Below, piece after piece: positions 11,501 through 23,900 of a stretch of DNA of 64,000 nucleotides. The notes beneath the pieces are model-generated. The model did no database searches. It saw only the letters and a list, made by a program, of their open reading frames with translations, and was not told the DNA's origin. The stretch comes from Oculina patagonica (taxonomy: Eukaryota), in assembly GCF_052425735.1 (NCBI RefSeq), contig NC_135770.1, positions 21,824,001 to 21,888,000 of the forward strand, in the 5' to 3' direction. The position numbers and the translations under genes were made by a program. The stretch's first letter is position 1, and each line of letters opens with the position of its first letter.

Positions 11501-14500
11501 GAATTGGTGGATAGTGAATCAATTTTAGACTCAAAGAGAAAGGTGCCTAAAATGCATTTAAAATTTACCATCTTTATTATTTACTACATATTGATGAATT
11601 CGACATTGCTGATCCTAGCAGTATGCAGGATGCGTGTCACATATCAACCTAGTAAATGGCCCAGCTCACAACGAGTCTCTCGTAGCTCAGTTGGTTAGAG
11701 CGCCCAACCGGTATCTGGGAGGCCATGGGTTCGATTCCCGTCGGGGACTCAGATTTTTCCTTTGTCCCACGCTCGTGTCATGTTGAATAATTTCTTCACT
11801 ATTTATCACCGAGCTTAATAATAAAAAAAAAAGAAAAAAAATTACCATCTTTATTATTTAATGTTTTTACTATTTGCCATTGAAAAGAAATAACAACGGT
11901 ACATTATTTTATTTAAAACCAATTTAAATTGGTGTTGCATCTAAGACTATAGGAATACCCGGATATTTTTACATGTCTTGTTGTTTTAATGAACCACCAA
12001 ATCTCATATGCAAGAGTAACAAAAATATGATGTATGATTTTTAATTTTTTTTTTAAATTGTGTATTTATTGATTATTTTTGGAAAGTTTGCATCACGACG
12101 TTATATTCATTTAACAGCTTGATGGTTTTTTCTGTAGAACATTCGGAAGTATGAAACATCCCGCAATCGCCTGGAAGCTCAGGAAGTGCAGTTGAACAGA
12201 CAACTTCAGAAGGAAATCAAAGACAACTCAGTTCTCACACAAGAAGGGTTAGTAAAGTGTCAAAATGTATGCTAATCCATAATGATTTTAATTCTGCGAT
12301 AAGAATTTGTAAGTACCACTGTCCAGTCAAGGTTACCCTTGGTACTGCCTTTGAGGTTTTGTTTAATTTTGAGGGGTGGCCACTTATTGGAATTATAATT
12401 ACCGTATTTATTCGATTAAGCGCCCAACCTCGAATAAGCGCCCACCTCAAATAAGCGCCCACCCAGTAGGTCGAAAAGTTAATAAGCGCCCAGCCTCGAA
12501 TAAGCGCCCACTCCCACCCCCCTAAAATGAGGGCACAAGAGGAATTTGGATTATTGTTGAAGTTGAGATTAAAATTCACTAAGTACTACTAAGAGACTAT
12601 CCCGAAGACCGAGTTTTTTTAGTGTTTTTTTTTTTTTACTGAAATTTTCAATTGACATTTAATATTCAGCTTTCGTACACCTTCACGTTTAGTTATTACA
12701 CATTGTTTTCTTGCAAAATAAACGTACTACTTGCTAAAAATGGTGAAAATGTAATAAGCGCCCAGCCTCGAATAAGCGCCCACCCTCGAGGTCCAAAAAT
12801 TTAATAAGCACCCAGGGCGCTTAATCGAATAAGTACGGTATCTACTGTAGTACTATTTGTGTACAAACTGAGTGTCACTGTGTACCTGCCCAGTGCTTAG
12901 AGACTCTCCTTTTGATCCTCACTGGGGTTAAAAAATTGGGCCCATTTTCAATGGTAGAACCTGTGAAACTCCTCAGTGACATAACACCAAGAACGACCAA
13001 GACAACAAACAATTAATAAACAGCAAGAAATCAATAGCTCCAAAACAAAGAAAAACTTCACACATTCTAACGTCGAGGTAAACCCCCAAATGGTGGAAAA
13101 TTAAAGGGAACATTACGCATTGCGTGGTTCCAGAAAATTATCCATACTCCCCCCACAGAAGGGATTAGAAATTCCCGGAAGGAGGGGGGTGGGGTCACAA
13201 AGACCCAAAACTTTAAATCAATGTATGAAGCTGAATTGGAATTTCCAGAGGGGTTGGGGGGAGGGTCATAGGGCAAATCCCTTCCATGGGGGTATGGATA
13301 TTTTCTGGAACCACACATTCCAGTTGAACTAGTGGGATTAGTGGAGTTAGTTAGGACACAAGTGTTAGACAAAAATGATGGTAACCTGTATTACTGCTAA
13401 CACTTTATTTCAGGATGAAAATTGTCAAGGAGCACAATGACATGGCTGAAAGCTTGGAAGAAAAAAAGAAATCATTAATGGCACAACTGGAAATGGTATG
13501 AGTTTGAAATAAAAATCTAACAGAGACCTTACCTGAACTACAATCTTTTGCTGAACACCTTTTTTGAGAGCTTTATGGCACATGTGAAAATGTGAAAAGA
13601 TTCAAATCCAGAAATTCCCAGATTGGTTTTGCCAAAAATACTTTTTTGAAACGTCCATTTATCTAGTCGACTCTTTAATAAATTTACATGTAGCATGTTT
13701 AAGACTACCGTATCTGTGTTTCAGTTTCACTGATTGTTCAGTGGCAAGGACGGTACTTAAAATAAATAAAATAATTGCTATATTTAGAGAGGAAGCCACA
13801 TCAGCGCAAGCTGGTTTTCATGCGGGTCCTCTGTCCAGGTTGAATTGGAATTTGGAAATGTTGGTTTTTCAGGAGGGAGGAAACCCAGGGAAAAACCCTA
13901 GGAGCAAGGCGCGAACCAAGAACAAACTCAACCCACATATGGCACTGGGTCGGAATCGAACCCGGGCCACATTGGTGGGAGGCGAGCGCTCTCACCACTG
14001 CGCCATCCCTGCTCCCTTGTCCACTGTATAGACATCAGCATATATATGAGCAGTCTCTTAGCTTGGGGGATGTCTAGGCAAGGGGGGTGCGACACCCATG
14101 TGCAATACTGTTAACTTGATTCAAGTAAAAAACTCATCTCAACAATCAGAGCTGTCCAGTGGAAAAATGTGTCTCATTAGTGTACTTAAGAGCTGCTGCG
14201 AAAAGTTGTCAAGACAAATGAGTTGTGCGAATGAAACAAAATTATTGTCAACTTGACAAAATAATCAGTTGACAGACTAAAAAATTGCGCCTCATTAGCT
14301 GATTCGAAACGCCTTAAAGTAACCATTGATTTTTAAGCCATTGAAACAAGCGCATTGTACATGTATTGAATATACCAGGTTCTTTAATCCTTGAGACAAA
14401 ACAAGCGCGCTACTAAATGTATATACCTTGTTTTTTAAGCCATGAGCAGAAACAAGTGTGCTATGTACACATGTATACATGTGTGTACACCTTAATCTTT

Positions 14501-17500
14501 AATCCTTGAGCCCCCCATCTCGTATTTGATTCCCTATAATTTAAACTCATGCAAGAGATGACTGACTATTAAAGTAAAAATCTTTCTTTGATTAGATTCG
14601 GGGCAATCTAAAAGAAGCAGAGGAACAAGACAGACAACTGACATTTGAAAAGAAATCTCTTGAAAAAGGTGAGTTTATTGTTTTGTTTTGAAAACATCCT
14701 TTTTTAGAACACGTATTATATTTTTCATCATCACAGTACACTTCTAGAATGTTCATTTCACCACGACAACTTGTTCTGAAGCCCTGCCAGGGGGGCTTCC
14801 CGTGTCGCTTGTCTAAATTTAAAAATGCGCCGTGTCGCTCTTTTCTCAAACTTTGCGTCGCTGTCGGTAGTAAAATCGAATGAAAATTACTTGCCCTTGT
14901 CAGATTTAAGTATTTCCAAAAGGGTTGTAATTTGTCGCAATTTTATTTATGTGCTGTCGCTACTTTTTGGGCCATGTCGCTTGTCGGAATTTACCCTGGC
15001 AGGGCCTCTGTTCTGTTTTTCATATCATTCGGTTTAGAGCGTTAACCATGTAGTATTCGTTTGTACTGCTACAATTTCACAGAGGCAAAATTATCTCCTT
15101 GATACTAGTTAGCGAAACTATGTTTAAAATAATTATTATGCAAAATTCCCTAGTGTTACTGCAAGCTCTTAGAAAGAAAGCCCTCACAAAAATACATCCA
15201 CCAGAAAAGCTTTTTTAAACAAAGAACATTATTACTGATTTGGTTTTGTTTCCTGTAGACCATGAAATTGCTCTTGAAGTTAAAGAACAAGACGCTGAGG
15301 TTGTTCGACAACATGAACGAATGTAAGTGGCCTTTGAGTTGAGTTTCTTATTGATTCTTCTGATACCAAGAAATGATATTAACTCACTTTCCTTTTTTGA
15401 TTAAATGTCCAGCCTAGCCAGAGCTAAGGAGTCTTTGCATCGTCAGAACGAGGAATGTGCGAGGGTAAGATCAGAGAACATCGAGCTGGAAGAAGAGATG
15501 AACCAACTGGAGGAGAGTCATAAGTAAGAATCCAAACAGTGATGTAAATGTGATTTCTTCTTACGGTATCAATACAATGCCTAGCAGGGAGGTGATGAGA
15601 AGAACGAGACTCATCAACTAGAAGATATTGTCTTGATGAAAGACTAAACTCTCTGAGTTATCTTTAAAAGTAATATTGTTGTCTGTTGTGAGAATTTGCA
15701 TTTTAGGTCGGGACTTACACTACACGCTTGACTAATGGTGCTTTCCATTAAACAGAACTGGCCGGCCAGGCCGATATATTCGAGAACAGAATTCCGTTTT
15801 TAATCAGATTTGTCCTGTCAAATCAGTCATGCAAAAATATTATATACACTGTTGTGGTTGATTTGTAGGAAAATCTCGTGGAAAAGGCCCATTTCATATT
15901 CAAAACCACGGGACTGGCCGGCCAGTTCTGAATAATGGAGAGCGCCCTTAGTTCACTTTTGAATAATAAGAACATTTTTCTGTCATGAAAGCGTTTACAA
16001 CTTGTTCATTTGAATGGCAAATACGAGCAAACATTAGATTGCTAGTGGCAAAATCATTCTTAGCGTGTGGGTCGGGATAAACTTCACGGAGGAAAGACAT
16101 TTTCAAAGAGAAGATATTTTTTTAAAAAAAAAACTTACAGAGTGCTTGATTAACGTTTTTACCGGAATTTTCCGAGGTTTAAATGTTTTAAAATGCAACG
16201 TTTCTGGTAGTTTGAATGCACCTAACTTCTTTTAGCTTGTCTGAATTACGTAACAGTTCACAGCCTCTTTTTTTTCTCAAATGGTTGAATGTGCAAAAGA
16301 ACCACGAGAGAACTTAAAGCTAGCGCAAGGAGGCGACTGGAATCATTTAATTGGCTAAACTGGCTATAGTAAGTGTAATTTAAAGACTTAAAATCAACTG
16401 ATGTTTTCTTTTTAGAGCGACTGTGGACGTGTACAACAAAGAAATCGAAACCTCCAAAACGGCTTTAACTGCTGAAAGAAAAGATAGGTAAGAATTGTTT
16501 GTTTTTCTCGCAATAGCAAGTAAGGGATCGTTTAATGTTGTAAGACTTGTTGGATGTAGGTTGTAGGACTTGTTGGATTTTAGCGACAGTTTGAATTTAA
16601 CAGAAATATCAGTTTATCGACTAAAATAGCGTGGCATAGCCCCTGGCTGAAGTAGTTCAATGATCTAAAGTCAGGGACGGCGGAGCATTTTTCCAAGTGG
16701 GGGGCTGACTAGTGACTTGAAGTGGGGGGCTTAAAAGACTCATCTCTTAGTAAGTCTTTATTTTTTAGGAAATTCTGGGGGGGGGGGGGGGCTAAATCCC
16801 CCCCCCCATCCCCTCCGGCTCCGCCGTCCCTGAAAGTGAGATTGCTAATTTCTCTTCACTAGGCAAGTCCTACAGACTAAAAGAGACAATGTCACAAAGG
16901 AGTCGAACGAGTTTAAGGGTGATTACGGCCGCTACATGGCAACCATGTCCAAGAAAGTCACTGAAGGAAAGTCAGAGCATACCAGACTAACGGAATATGT
17001 AAGTGATATAGAGCAGTTTTCACTTGCGAATCGAACATAATTCGCGTTTGCTTTTTTTGTATTACTACGCTTAGTGTAAAACCAAAAACCAACTGTGACT
17101 TGCTCAAACACGTTTTGCCGCGCTTCGTGTCCGCTACGTGCATTTACATCGAGTAAGATAGATTCACTGGATTGTCTGTATCTTTTGTGGTTTGTCAGAG
17201 TGAGTTACTTTTGGTTTTGTTTTTTATACGACGCTTAATTGAAAACCGCTCTATCAGTGTTGGAATTCCAGTTAAGTTTGAAGCGAGCAAATTAATGTAT
17301 GACAAAGCGTATGCAAGTAATAGGTGAGTGCTTCATGCCAGTGTATCTTAAATTCATGTTTTGACATAAAAAACAGCTCTTGTTGGCCTTCGTGATCAAC
17401 TGAGCATACGTAGGAGGCGTTGCCTTTCAACTGGCTTGTATCTTCTAGGCTAGGAAATAAATCGGTATTTGAGCCTGTTGGACTTGATATGAGAAAAAGA

Positions 17501-20500
17501 AAAAATATACCGAATGCTTTCGCAAGCCAGTGGGCTTTCTCGTAGGTGCACAGACATGAAAACGCGGAGTAAATTGCTTTTTTAGGGAACTCAACTGCAG
17601 AAGGACTTGAAGAAAGATGAAGTGGATATTATCAGTAAACAGAAGCAGTTAAAGAAAGCCAAGCAAGATTACACTTCCCTGCAGAAGCAGCTCAAGACAC
17701 AACTGAAAGGTCTTCAAGTAAGTGGGTTTACATTTGCTGAAACTTCGTACAACGATCGCTAGCCAATCAGAGCGCAGGTGTTGTATTAGGAGCCAATCAG
17801 ATACAAGACCAAATCACACGTGACTCACGCAATTTTTCCGCGCTAACCACTGACCTCGTGTTTGGAGTTCTGATTCTTCTTCTTGTGCTGTTTTGTACTG
17901 TTTTTGGAGCGTAGTTTAGGCAAGTTCGATTCATTAGAAAGCCCACGTCTCAGTGCAATAGCCGTCCCTCTCATTTGCTTAGAAGAAATTTTGCACCAAT
18001 ATTATTTCAAAAATTTTTATTCAAGTACCTTTATCTGGAGTTCGTATTCGCTGTTTTCACCATTCCCATAATACATCTTGTTTACCCCCAAAATTTTTGC
18101 ATAAGCATTGTTTTCAATTTATCTTGGGATTTACAATGACGTACAATCGTCCCAAGAGAAATTGAAAACAATGCTTATGCAAAAATTTTGGGGGGTAAAC
18201 AAGATGTATTATGGGATCGTGAAAAAAGCGAATTGAAAATTTGCTGACGAAATCTCCCAGAAGAACTTGAGTTCCGCGAGTTTTTTGCCTTCTCAAAGCA
18301 ACGATCGCTAAAGACAGATTCGTTTATAACACAGAAGCGGCCACTTCAACATGGATCACGTGATACTATGGTCTGTACCACGTGGCCAACTTTTTACATG
18401 GCAAGATTCGCAGCTGGTGTTTAATCTTTAGGCTGTCTGCTTGCTAAAGCCTGATTCTCATATGATCACCCCGATCGTTTCTATCGCATCGATCGTTTGC
18501 AAATACTGAGACGATCGTAGGCGATCAAAGCGATCGGGGGTTCTTATATGATCGTCCCGATCGTCTGGTATGAGCGAAGACCTGCGAAAAACAATCATTT
18601 TAGTCCAAGATCTAACACAATAGCAGCCTTCAATGAAAGAGCAAAACTCGTGAACTCATATCTTCTCAGTTATTGCTGTTAAAGTCGTTATGCGGCGAAG
18701 AAAGGAAAGAAAATGTAAAAGGGTAGAACACGGGCGATCCAAGCGATCGTGATCGCCCTAGTCAGTGCAGACGTTAGTAATGGTCTGTGTAATGGTCTCA
18801 TATTATAATTGCCCCGATCGCAAGTAAACTTTTTGAAGTGACAGAGGCGATAGAAATGATAGGAGTGATTATATGAGAACCAGGCTTAAGCGAACAAGAA
18901 ATTTTAAAGACACGCGAAGAGACAACATTTACGAACACAGTAAAAAAATAGAAGGACGATGTTTCAGCAACGCGTTCCCCGCTACGTTTTCTTCTGTGCG
19001 TGTACACGTTGGGATTTTTCCCCTGCTACATGTCCCTGGAAAATGTCCCTACTACATGTCCCTGAAATATGTCCCTGCTACATGTCCCTGCAATATGCCC
19101 CCGCAATATGTCCCTTCGTGTGTCAGTACCTCAACATACCAGAGGTTTATTTACAAATAAATATTCTTGTTAACATTCTTTTCTCCTTGCATTTAGGAAA
19201 GCATGGATAAGTTGGAGAAAGAGAGAGATAAGAAGAAGGATATAATCCAAGACAAAACTGTAAGACAACTTGTTCTTGTTGGCGTTAATTTCTGTAATGT
19301 TTCGAAGGAGAAGATGGCGCATCTTAAAAAATTAGCAGCTACATTTTTCGAGTTTGTAATCCTTCTTAATCCTTCCAAATTTACCCCATCCTTGTTCCTT
19401 TAAGATTTATTGTTATCCCTCGATAGTTGTTCTATCTTTATACACGAAAATATCAAGGCTTAGTGTTATTTGTTTATATAAAATATCGTGTGTCAATGAT
19501 TTGTGTTTTTTTGCTTCGCAGCCAATATTTAAAGACCTCGAGGCTCAGTTCAAAGAGCGGACACAAGAATTTGAGACAACGAAAAAGAACATAGTGGGTA
19601 AGAATTTGAAGTGAGAATGAGTCATCTTTCTGGAACTGCCGTCAATGAGCTTGAGAGTCATGCTCTTTGGTGTTTGAGTATTCAAGTGAATCTTGAAACA
19701 GTCATCAGTTGGGGAAACAAGATCCTGTTTTTCTTAGACGGAAACATGGCTCCGTTTACAAATGTTATTGGTAATGTTTTTGGCTTTAGCCTGTCAGAGA
19801 GAGATGCTCTTTTGTACTCGGCCAATCAATTACAAAACCAAAGTCAGACGTGATTTGACTTTTGACGAAACTTTCCCACACATTTTACCAGTTCTAAGCA
19901 ATAATACACGTTTTCCTGCGCCTTTTACCCGTTACGCGTTTCGCGGGGTTTACGTTTACCCGGACTGTTTCCCGCGCTTTTCAACGGTTTCATCCTGAAC
20001 TTAGAGTTCTGATTGGTTGATCAAGCTACTGTTTTACAACAGTTGGTGTAAAAAAGCAACCTGTTGGATATGGCGTTTTATGACACTTTTTATCTTTATT
20101 TCGTTGCAGACCTGAAAAACAAAAAGGCCAGTCTGGAAACATCTGTTCAGAGAGCTCAGAGAGATGTGGAAAAGCTAGCAGAACCACAGGTAACCTTGTA
20201 AGCTCCATTCTTGAAATATCAATACTTGTTTGTCATATATTATATTTCTTTTAACATTTAATAGTTTGGAGAGATTGTACAATGTATCGATATTATAAAG
20301 GTGAATTTTGCATTGATCCCTCTTTTTCTGCGAACAGACTCGATTACACGGGAAGTTGCGCGAGAGACGGGTGGAAGCCTTGGATCAACTCAAGAACCAA
20401 TCAGAAGACGTTAAGAAGATTGAATCAGAGATCTTTTCTTCCGGTCAGCGGCTCGGTGCGGTGCTCAAAGAGAATCATAGGTGAGATAGCCTAGCCTGCT

Positions 20501-23500
20501 GGGACGACTCGAGGCTTGTAGATCAACGAGTTTTGTGGAGGGGAGGGTGAGAACGTTTGGTTCTAGAAGATTTTACACTCGAAACTGATGTCCTCCGCTT
20601 AAGGCCAACAACGGCGGTTGACACTCGGCTGTTAATTCATTTTTTAATGTAAAATGAGAAAATTCGGCGTCACATCAAGGCAATTTTCCTACACTTGAGC
20701 AAAATGACCACGAACTGTCGCAGAAGCTAAATTTTCAAGTGAAAAGGTTAATGACAGGCGTTATCGAAATCTACAGGGTTCGTACGGGTCCTAGAAAACC
20801 TGGAAAGTCCTGGAAATTTAATGTTTGCATTTTCCAGTTCTAGCCAGGACTGGAAAATCCTGGAAAAAAGACTACCGGTCCTGGAAAGTTCTGGAAATCT
20901 GTCAGTTAAACTCAAGTGACACCTGGTTTCTCAGAACTATAACAATTATAAGAAATGTATGTCAGACAGTAAGGAGAAATGATATTGAGATCTTGGGAGT
21001 GAAAGGGTTAATGTTAATTTTGGGACGGAGTCCTGGTAAAATCAATCTGAGTCCTTGAAAAGTCCTGGAAAATTGTTTGTGAAAAAGGTTACGAACCCTG
21101 TTTTAGTGATTGGTCTTTTCTTCCAACTATTTAACCTTGAGATAAAGATACAGATTCCCCTTTTAAACCGGTGACAATACACTAATTATAGTAATGGTTG
21201 GGAGCATTTCGCTTATCAGATAAGAACTAACTTACCGATGATGTTTTTCTCTTGCATGTTGTGAACAAGATTTAGGCAGGTACGTGGAAGAATAGATTTT
21301 AATTAACCGTCGTTCTCGTTCTTTTCGCATAGCATCTCACTTAGGGAGCCGTGGGGACTATAGATTACACTGGCTACCTTTTTTTGCTGAGTGGTAGACT
21401 CGATGATTGCTTTCTCTGGAGTTGCATGTTTTTGCTACAAATAAGTACATAAAAATAATGTAAAACTATACTCTTTTTAGGCTATCAGGCAACTTGAAGC
21501 AGAAATTGAAACTACAAGAAAGGCAATGATCGCAAACGCTGGGACAAGAGAAGTGCTTGAAAAACAGTTGCTGGAGTACAGGGGTAGGTAGTCGGCTTCT
21601 GTGAGGAACTGAAGTTGTGATTATTGTTTTCTTATGTCCAGATCTCAAACGACGGCAACAGAACCCGCCATCAGCACTCAACTTCCCTTCAAGGAAAACC
21701 TGGAATTTAAAGTCATGGAATTTTAGGGTTTCTTTTCCAGGCCCTGGAAAGTCATGGAATTTAAGTGGGGGTCATGGAAAATGGCATTGATTGGACAAAA
21801 TAAATTAGGCAGGTTTATTTTTGGTGAAGAAAAGCGTAAAACCGTACCTGAAATCAAGATATTTTTTGAAAATTTCCAAGAAAAATGATCAAATTTAGGT
21901 CAATCGACATGGAAAACTTTGAAAAGTCATGGGAAAGGTCATGAAAGTCATGGAATTTCAAAAGCTCAAAAGAGTACGAACGAGAGTCATATAGGTACAG
22001 TAGGATTTGTAAGCCTACGGTGATAAATAAGTTGACCTATTCAGCATAATTTTAAAAAATCCATTTGTACAGATCTCCTATTTATCATAAAGACCCGTTC
22101 TCAGCGGTGAAAGCATGGGATATTTATTTTCTGATACCGGCGTTTTAACTACTGTATCTTTTTTCAGGCGTGCTAACACAACTGAACTAGGAGAGACGCG
22201 ATTGTGTTCTGACCATTGACTAGGGAAGACACGGGTCGTAGGACAGTAAGTGTCAAAATATAAAATTTGGAGAAATAAAAGATGGTATATCTGGTAGCAA
22301 TGGGCCGAACCGTGTCACATCAACCAGAACTTCTGTTCTGTTTCTAGTTTCTTGTTTACCTCGGTTCGGCGGCGTCCCGTTTTCTCCCTTTTTCTCTCGT
22401 GCGACTCCCGTAAGCGGCCGCGGACTTGAGATTACGATAGATTTTTCTTTTTTTGCTCCGAGCGGCCAAGTCCTTCCCTATTTTTCCCCCGCCGCTTTTT
22501 TTTTTTCGTTCGTCCGTCCGGTTATTGTTAGCTGGGAGCCGACGCCATCTCCCCTACACAGGGCCCGAGAACCGGGCCAGCCAGACACGCGTCCTGAGGG
22601 TTCCGCTTACGAGAGCTTCAACTGTATTCTTATTATTGTTACTTTTTATTTGCAATAGATCTATGCTCAACGAGATTCCCTGATGCTAGAAGACATTGAA
22701 AGACTACAAGAGGAAACGAGTGTTAGAGAAGAAAGGTACATGAAGTGAATTTTAAGAAAAGAATTAAGGGAGGGGGTTTGTTACGAAATTTAACCGCTAT
22801 AGAGGAGGGCCACATTTTTTACAGTAAGCATTTGGTATCTAAAGAAGTCAAATGTAAGCGTTGCCTATGTAACTGATAATCTTTCTTTGTGTATAGGGTT
22901 GATGAAATCCATCAGCAACTTGAAGAACAGCTCTCCGTTCTGTCGCACTTTATTGATGGTGTGGCGAACTTAAGACCTAAAGGTTTGTATTGCTTTTGCT
23001 TCATTTCATTCGGTTCTATCCCTTTGGACCCAAGACCGAAAGGGTTATTTTCTAAATTACTGACTATTCTACCTTACTTACGTAATATTAGTTCTGATGG
23101 TAAAAAATTACTTTTTATATAGGGGAAAAATAGTTGGTTGCCCCCAACCTCTTGACCTCTTAAATAATTTGGCAGGCCAAAATAAAACTCGCGTCTTTCG
23201 CAGCTGCTGTACTTGTGTTTCTCATATTTACAGTTTTCGCCGCATATAATAAAACTAAAGTGAAAACTAAAGTGTAAGTCTTGAAAACGTTTTTTCCCTT
23301 TTTTTTGCAGACACCGGGCAGTCTGAACGGAAGCCTGAAGGTAAGAACCAGTTTGCTTTTAAATCGTAGAATACCTCAAAATAATAATTATTTTACAGTT
23401 TATTTCATTGTTTTATTGGGTGCGTCGAGTGCGCAAGGAGTCGACAAAATATATTTGTCAACTAGACAACAAGTCCGAGATTTCTATGAGCGAATGGTCG

Positions 23501-23900
23501 ACAAGGCGCAGCAGAGTGGACTATCACTCATAAAACGAGGGCGAGTAGTCTAAAAGTTAGAAGTCATCTGCAGTGTAACAGTCAGAAACCTTTTTGGTTT
23601 AATTAAGACAAAATCATGAATAGTTTTCCATTTTAAGGGCAACATTCATGTTCTTTCAGGGAATGGACAGCAATGAGTGGGAACCAATCGGATCAGTTGT
23701 AGATTTCCAATATAGCACTAACTGTATACTAATATTACTTATATATTATGCAATCTTGGTATTTTTCAGACCCAAGGAAAGCTAAATCAGGAGTACCGAC
23801 GCACCGGTCACCACCAATGTCACCAAAACCTCCCAAATCACCCAAACGTCGAAAATCCACAAGCGATGTCACTGTGCCGCCGCCTGCAGGAGATTCATAG
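5596..23900 (+). CDS. CCDC175: Coiled-coil domain-containing protein 175-like, ~29 exons, ~800 aa
   Basis: Phase-consistent exons: 5596-5671, 5786-5871, 6165-6276, 8319-8371, 8765-8847, 9174-9251, 9357-9411, 9737-9835, 11317-11372, 11479-11542, 12138-12247, 13414-13495, 14596-14668, 15259-15322, 15413-15523, 16416-16487, 16863-16998, 17586-17717, 19197-19259, 19522-19597, 20110-20189, 20338-20480, 21270-21279, 21481-21583, ~22168-22245 (corrupted), 22659-22735, 22897-22982, 23311-23340, 23770-23900. Peptides such as ALKDLETERLKLHELLETETI..LRYKLQYFPSDIKSEIQAAVYSARQSN and LLNQKMADKASKQITLNET align by eye with vertebrate CCDC175. The start could alternatively be ATG 5494. Confidence 0.8.
6321..7756. 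mobile_element. Poly-G-ended non-autonomous element interrupted by a Tc1-like element
   Basis: Begins ccaggtggggggg..gtaccccctatagcggactag and ends ...gagcatctccctg; GGTTGGAT flanks it on both sides; split at TA 6476-6477. Confidence 0.6.
6478..7560 (-). mobile_element. Internally deleted Tc1/mariner-type transposon with a paired-domain-like transposase remnant
   Basis: TA target duplication and ~225-bp TIRs starting cagtgcgaatactcgaaccggg. Minus ORF 7045-7320 encodes LNREGGIYDNGRRPSQLLRERVLDLQHTGMNQQLIATEVKSSRHFVRNVL (paired-type HTH); no DDE domain remains. Confidence 0.85.
7765..8079. mobile_element. MITE with cccggggggg termini and 8-bp target duplication
   Basis: TIRs cccgggggggactcgcatatgaaa / tttcatatgggagtccccccccccggg; TSD GGTTGGAT at 7757-7764 and 8080-8087. 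Confidence 0.85.
8428..8558. repeat. Tandem duplication of ~65 bp in an intron
   Basis: tgagccatggtca..gacctatgataatctttt..aaataatgcataaca..tagtattcccatagt occurs twice head-to-tail. Confidence 0.8.
9950..10370 (-). mobile_element. Penelope-like retroelement 3' remnant (GIY-YIG C-terminus plus decayed hammerhead)
   Basis: Minus 10318-10160 translates RFIDRDLHWYARRVKGAIHIRPPHNNIIRDSGIEIPKGWIHTIKNYNNRRTA*, resembling the R..KEAI.I.....NRD.G motif of Penelope endonucleases. Downstream lies gtgatgaagacc-agtagaatgc-agttgaaa. Confidence 0.7.
11560..11858 (+). mobile_element. Non-autonomous element with an internal tRNA-like region and terminal direct repeat
   Basis: tRNA-like segment 11675-11749 has A and B boxes; aaatt(t)accatctttattatt is repeated at both ends. 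Confidence 0.7.
12402..12838. mobile_element. MITE with TA target duplication (Tc1/mariner or pogo-like)
   Basis: TIRs ccgtatttattcgattaagcgccc / gggcgcttaatcgaataagtacgg; subterminal aataagcgccc repeats. Confidence 0.85.
13119..13318. mobile_element. Short MITE, same family as 30456-30648
   Basis: TIRs tgcgtggttccagaaaattatccatac / gtatggatattttctggaaccacaca. Confidence 0.75.
13760..14016 (-). mobile_element. tRNA-derived SINE (V-domain-like core)
   Basis: Minus strand reads gggagcagggatggcgcagtggtgagagcg (A box)...gggttcgattcc (B box)...gggtttttccctgggtttcctccc, then an (attt)n tail. Confidence 0.8.
15737..15947. mobile_element. Short MITE
   Basis: Inverted ends ggtgctttccatt..cagaactggccggccag / ctggccggccagttctgaataatggagagcgcc. 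Confidence 0.65.
18448..18886. mobile_element. MITE, PIF/Harbinger-like
   Basis: TIRs agcctgattctcatat / atatgagaaccaggct with TAA on both flanks; internal cgatcg repeats. Confidence 0.8.
20774..21100. mobile_element. hAT-like MITE (relatives near 21690-21982 and 47340-47575)
   Basis: TIRs cagggttcgtac / gttacgaaccctg; internal aagtcctggaa repeats; TSD not preserved. Confidence 0.65.

Noticed and set aside
11675-11749. Apparent tRNA-Thr(GGT) gene
   Set aside because: The anticodon stem is mismatched, there is no U33, GGT is not a normal eukaryotic Thr anticodon, and it is embedded in a repeat.
23660-23676. Alternative terminal CCDC175 exon (GNGQQ*)
   Set aside because: The acceptor is plausible but cannot be supported without transcripts; 23770-23900 gives a longer coherent C-terminus.
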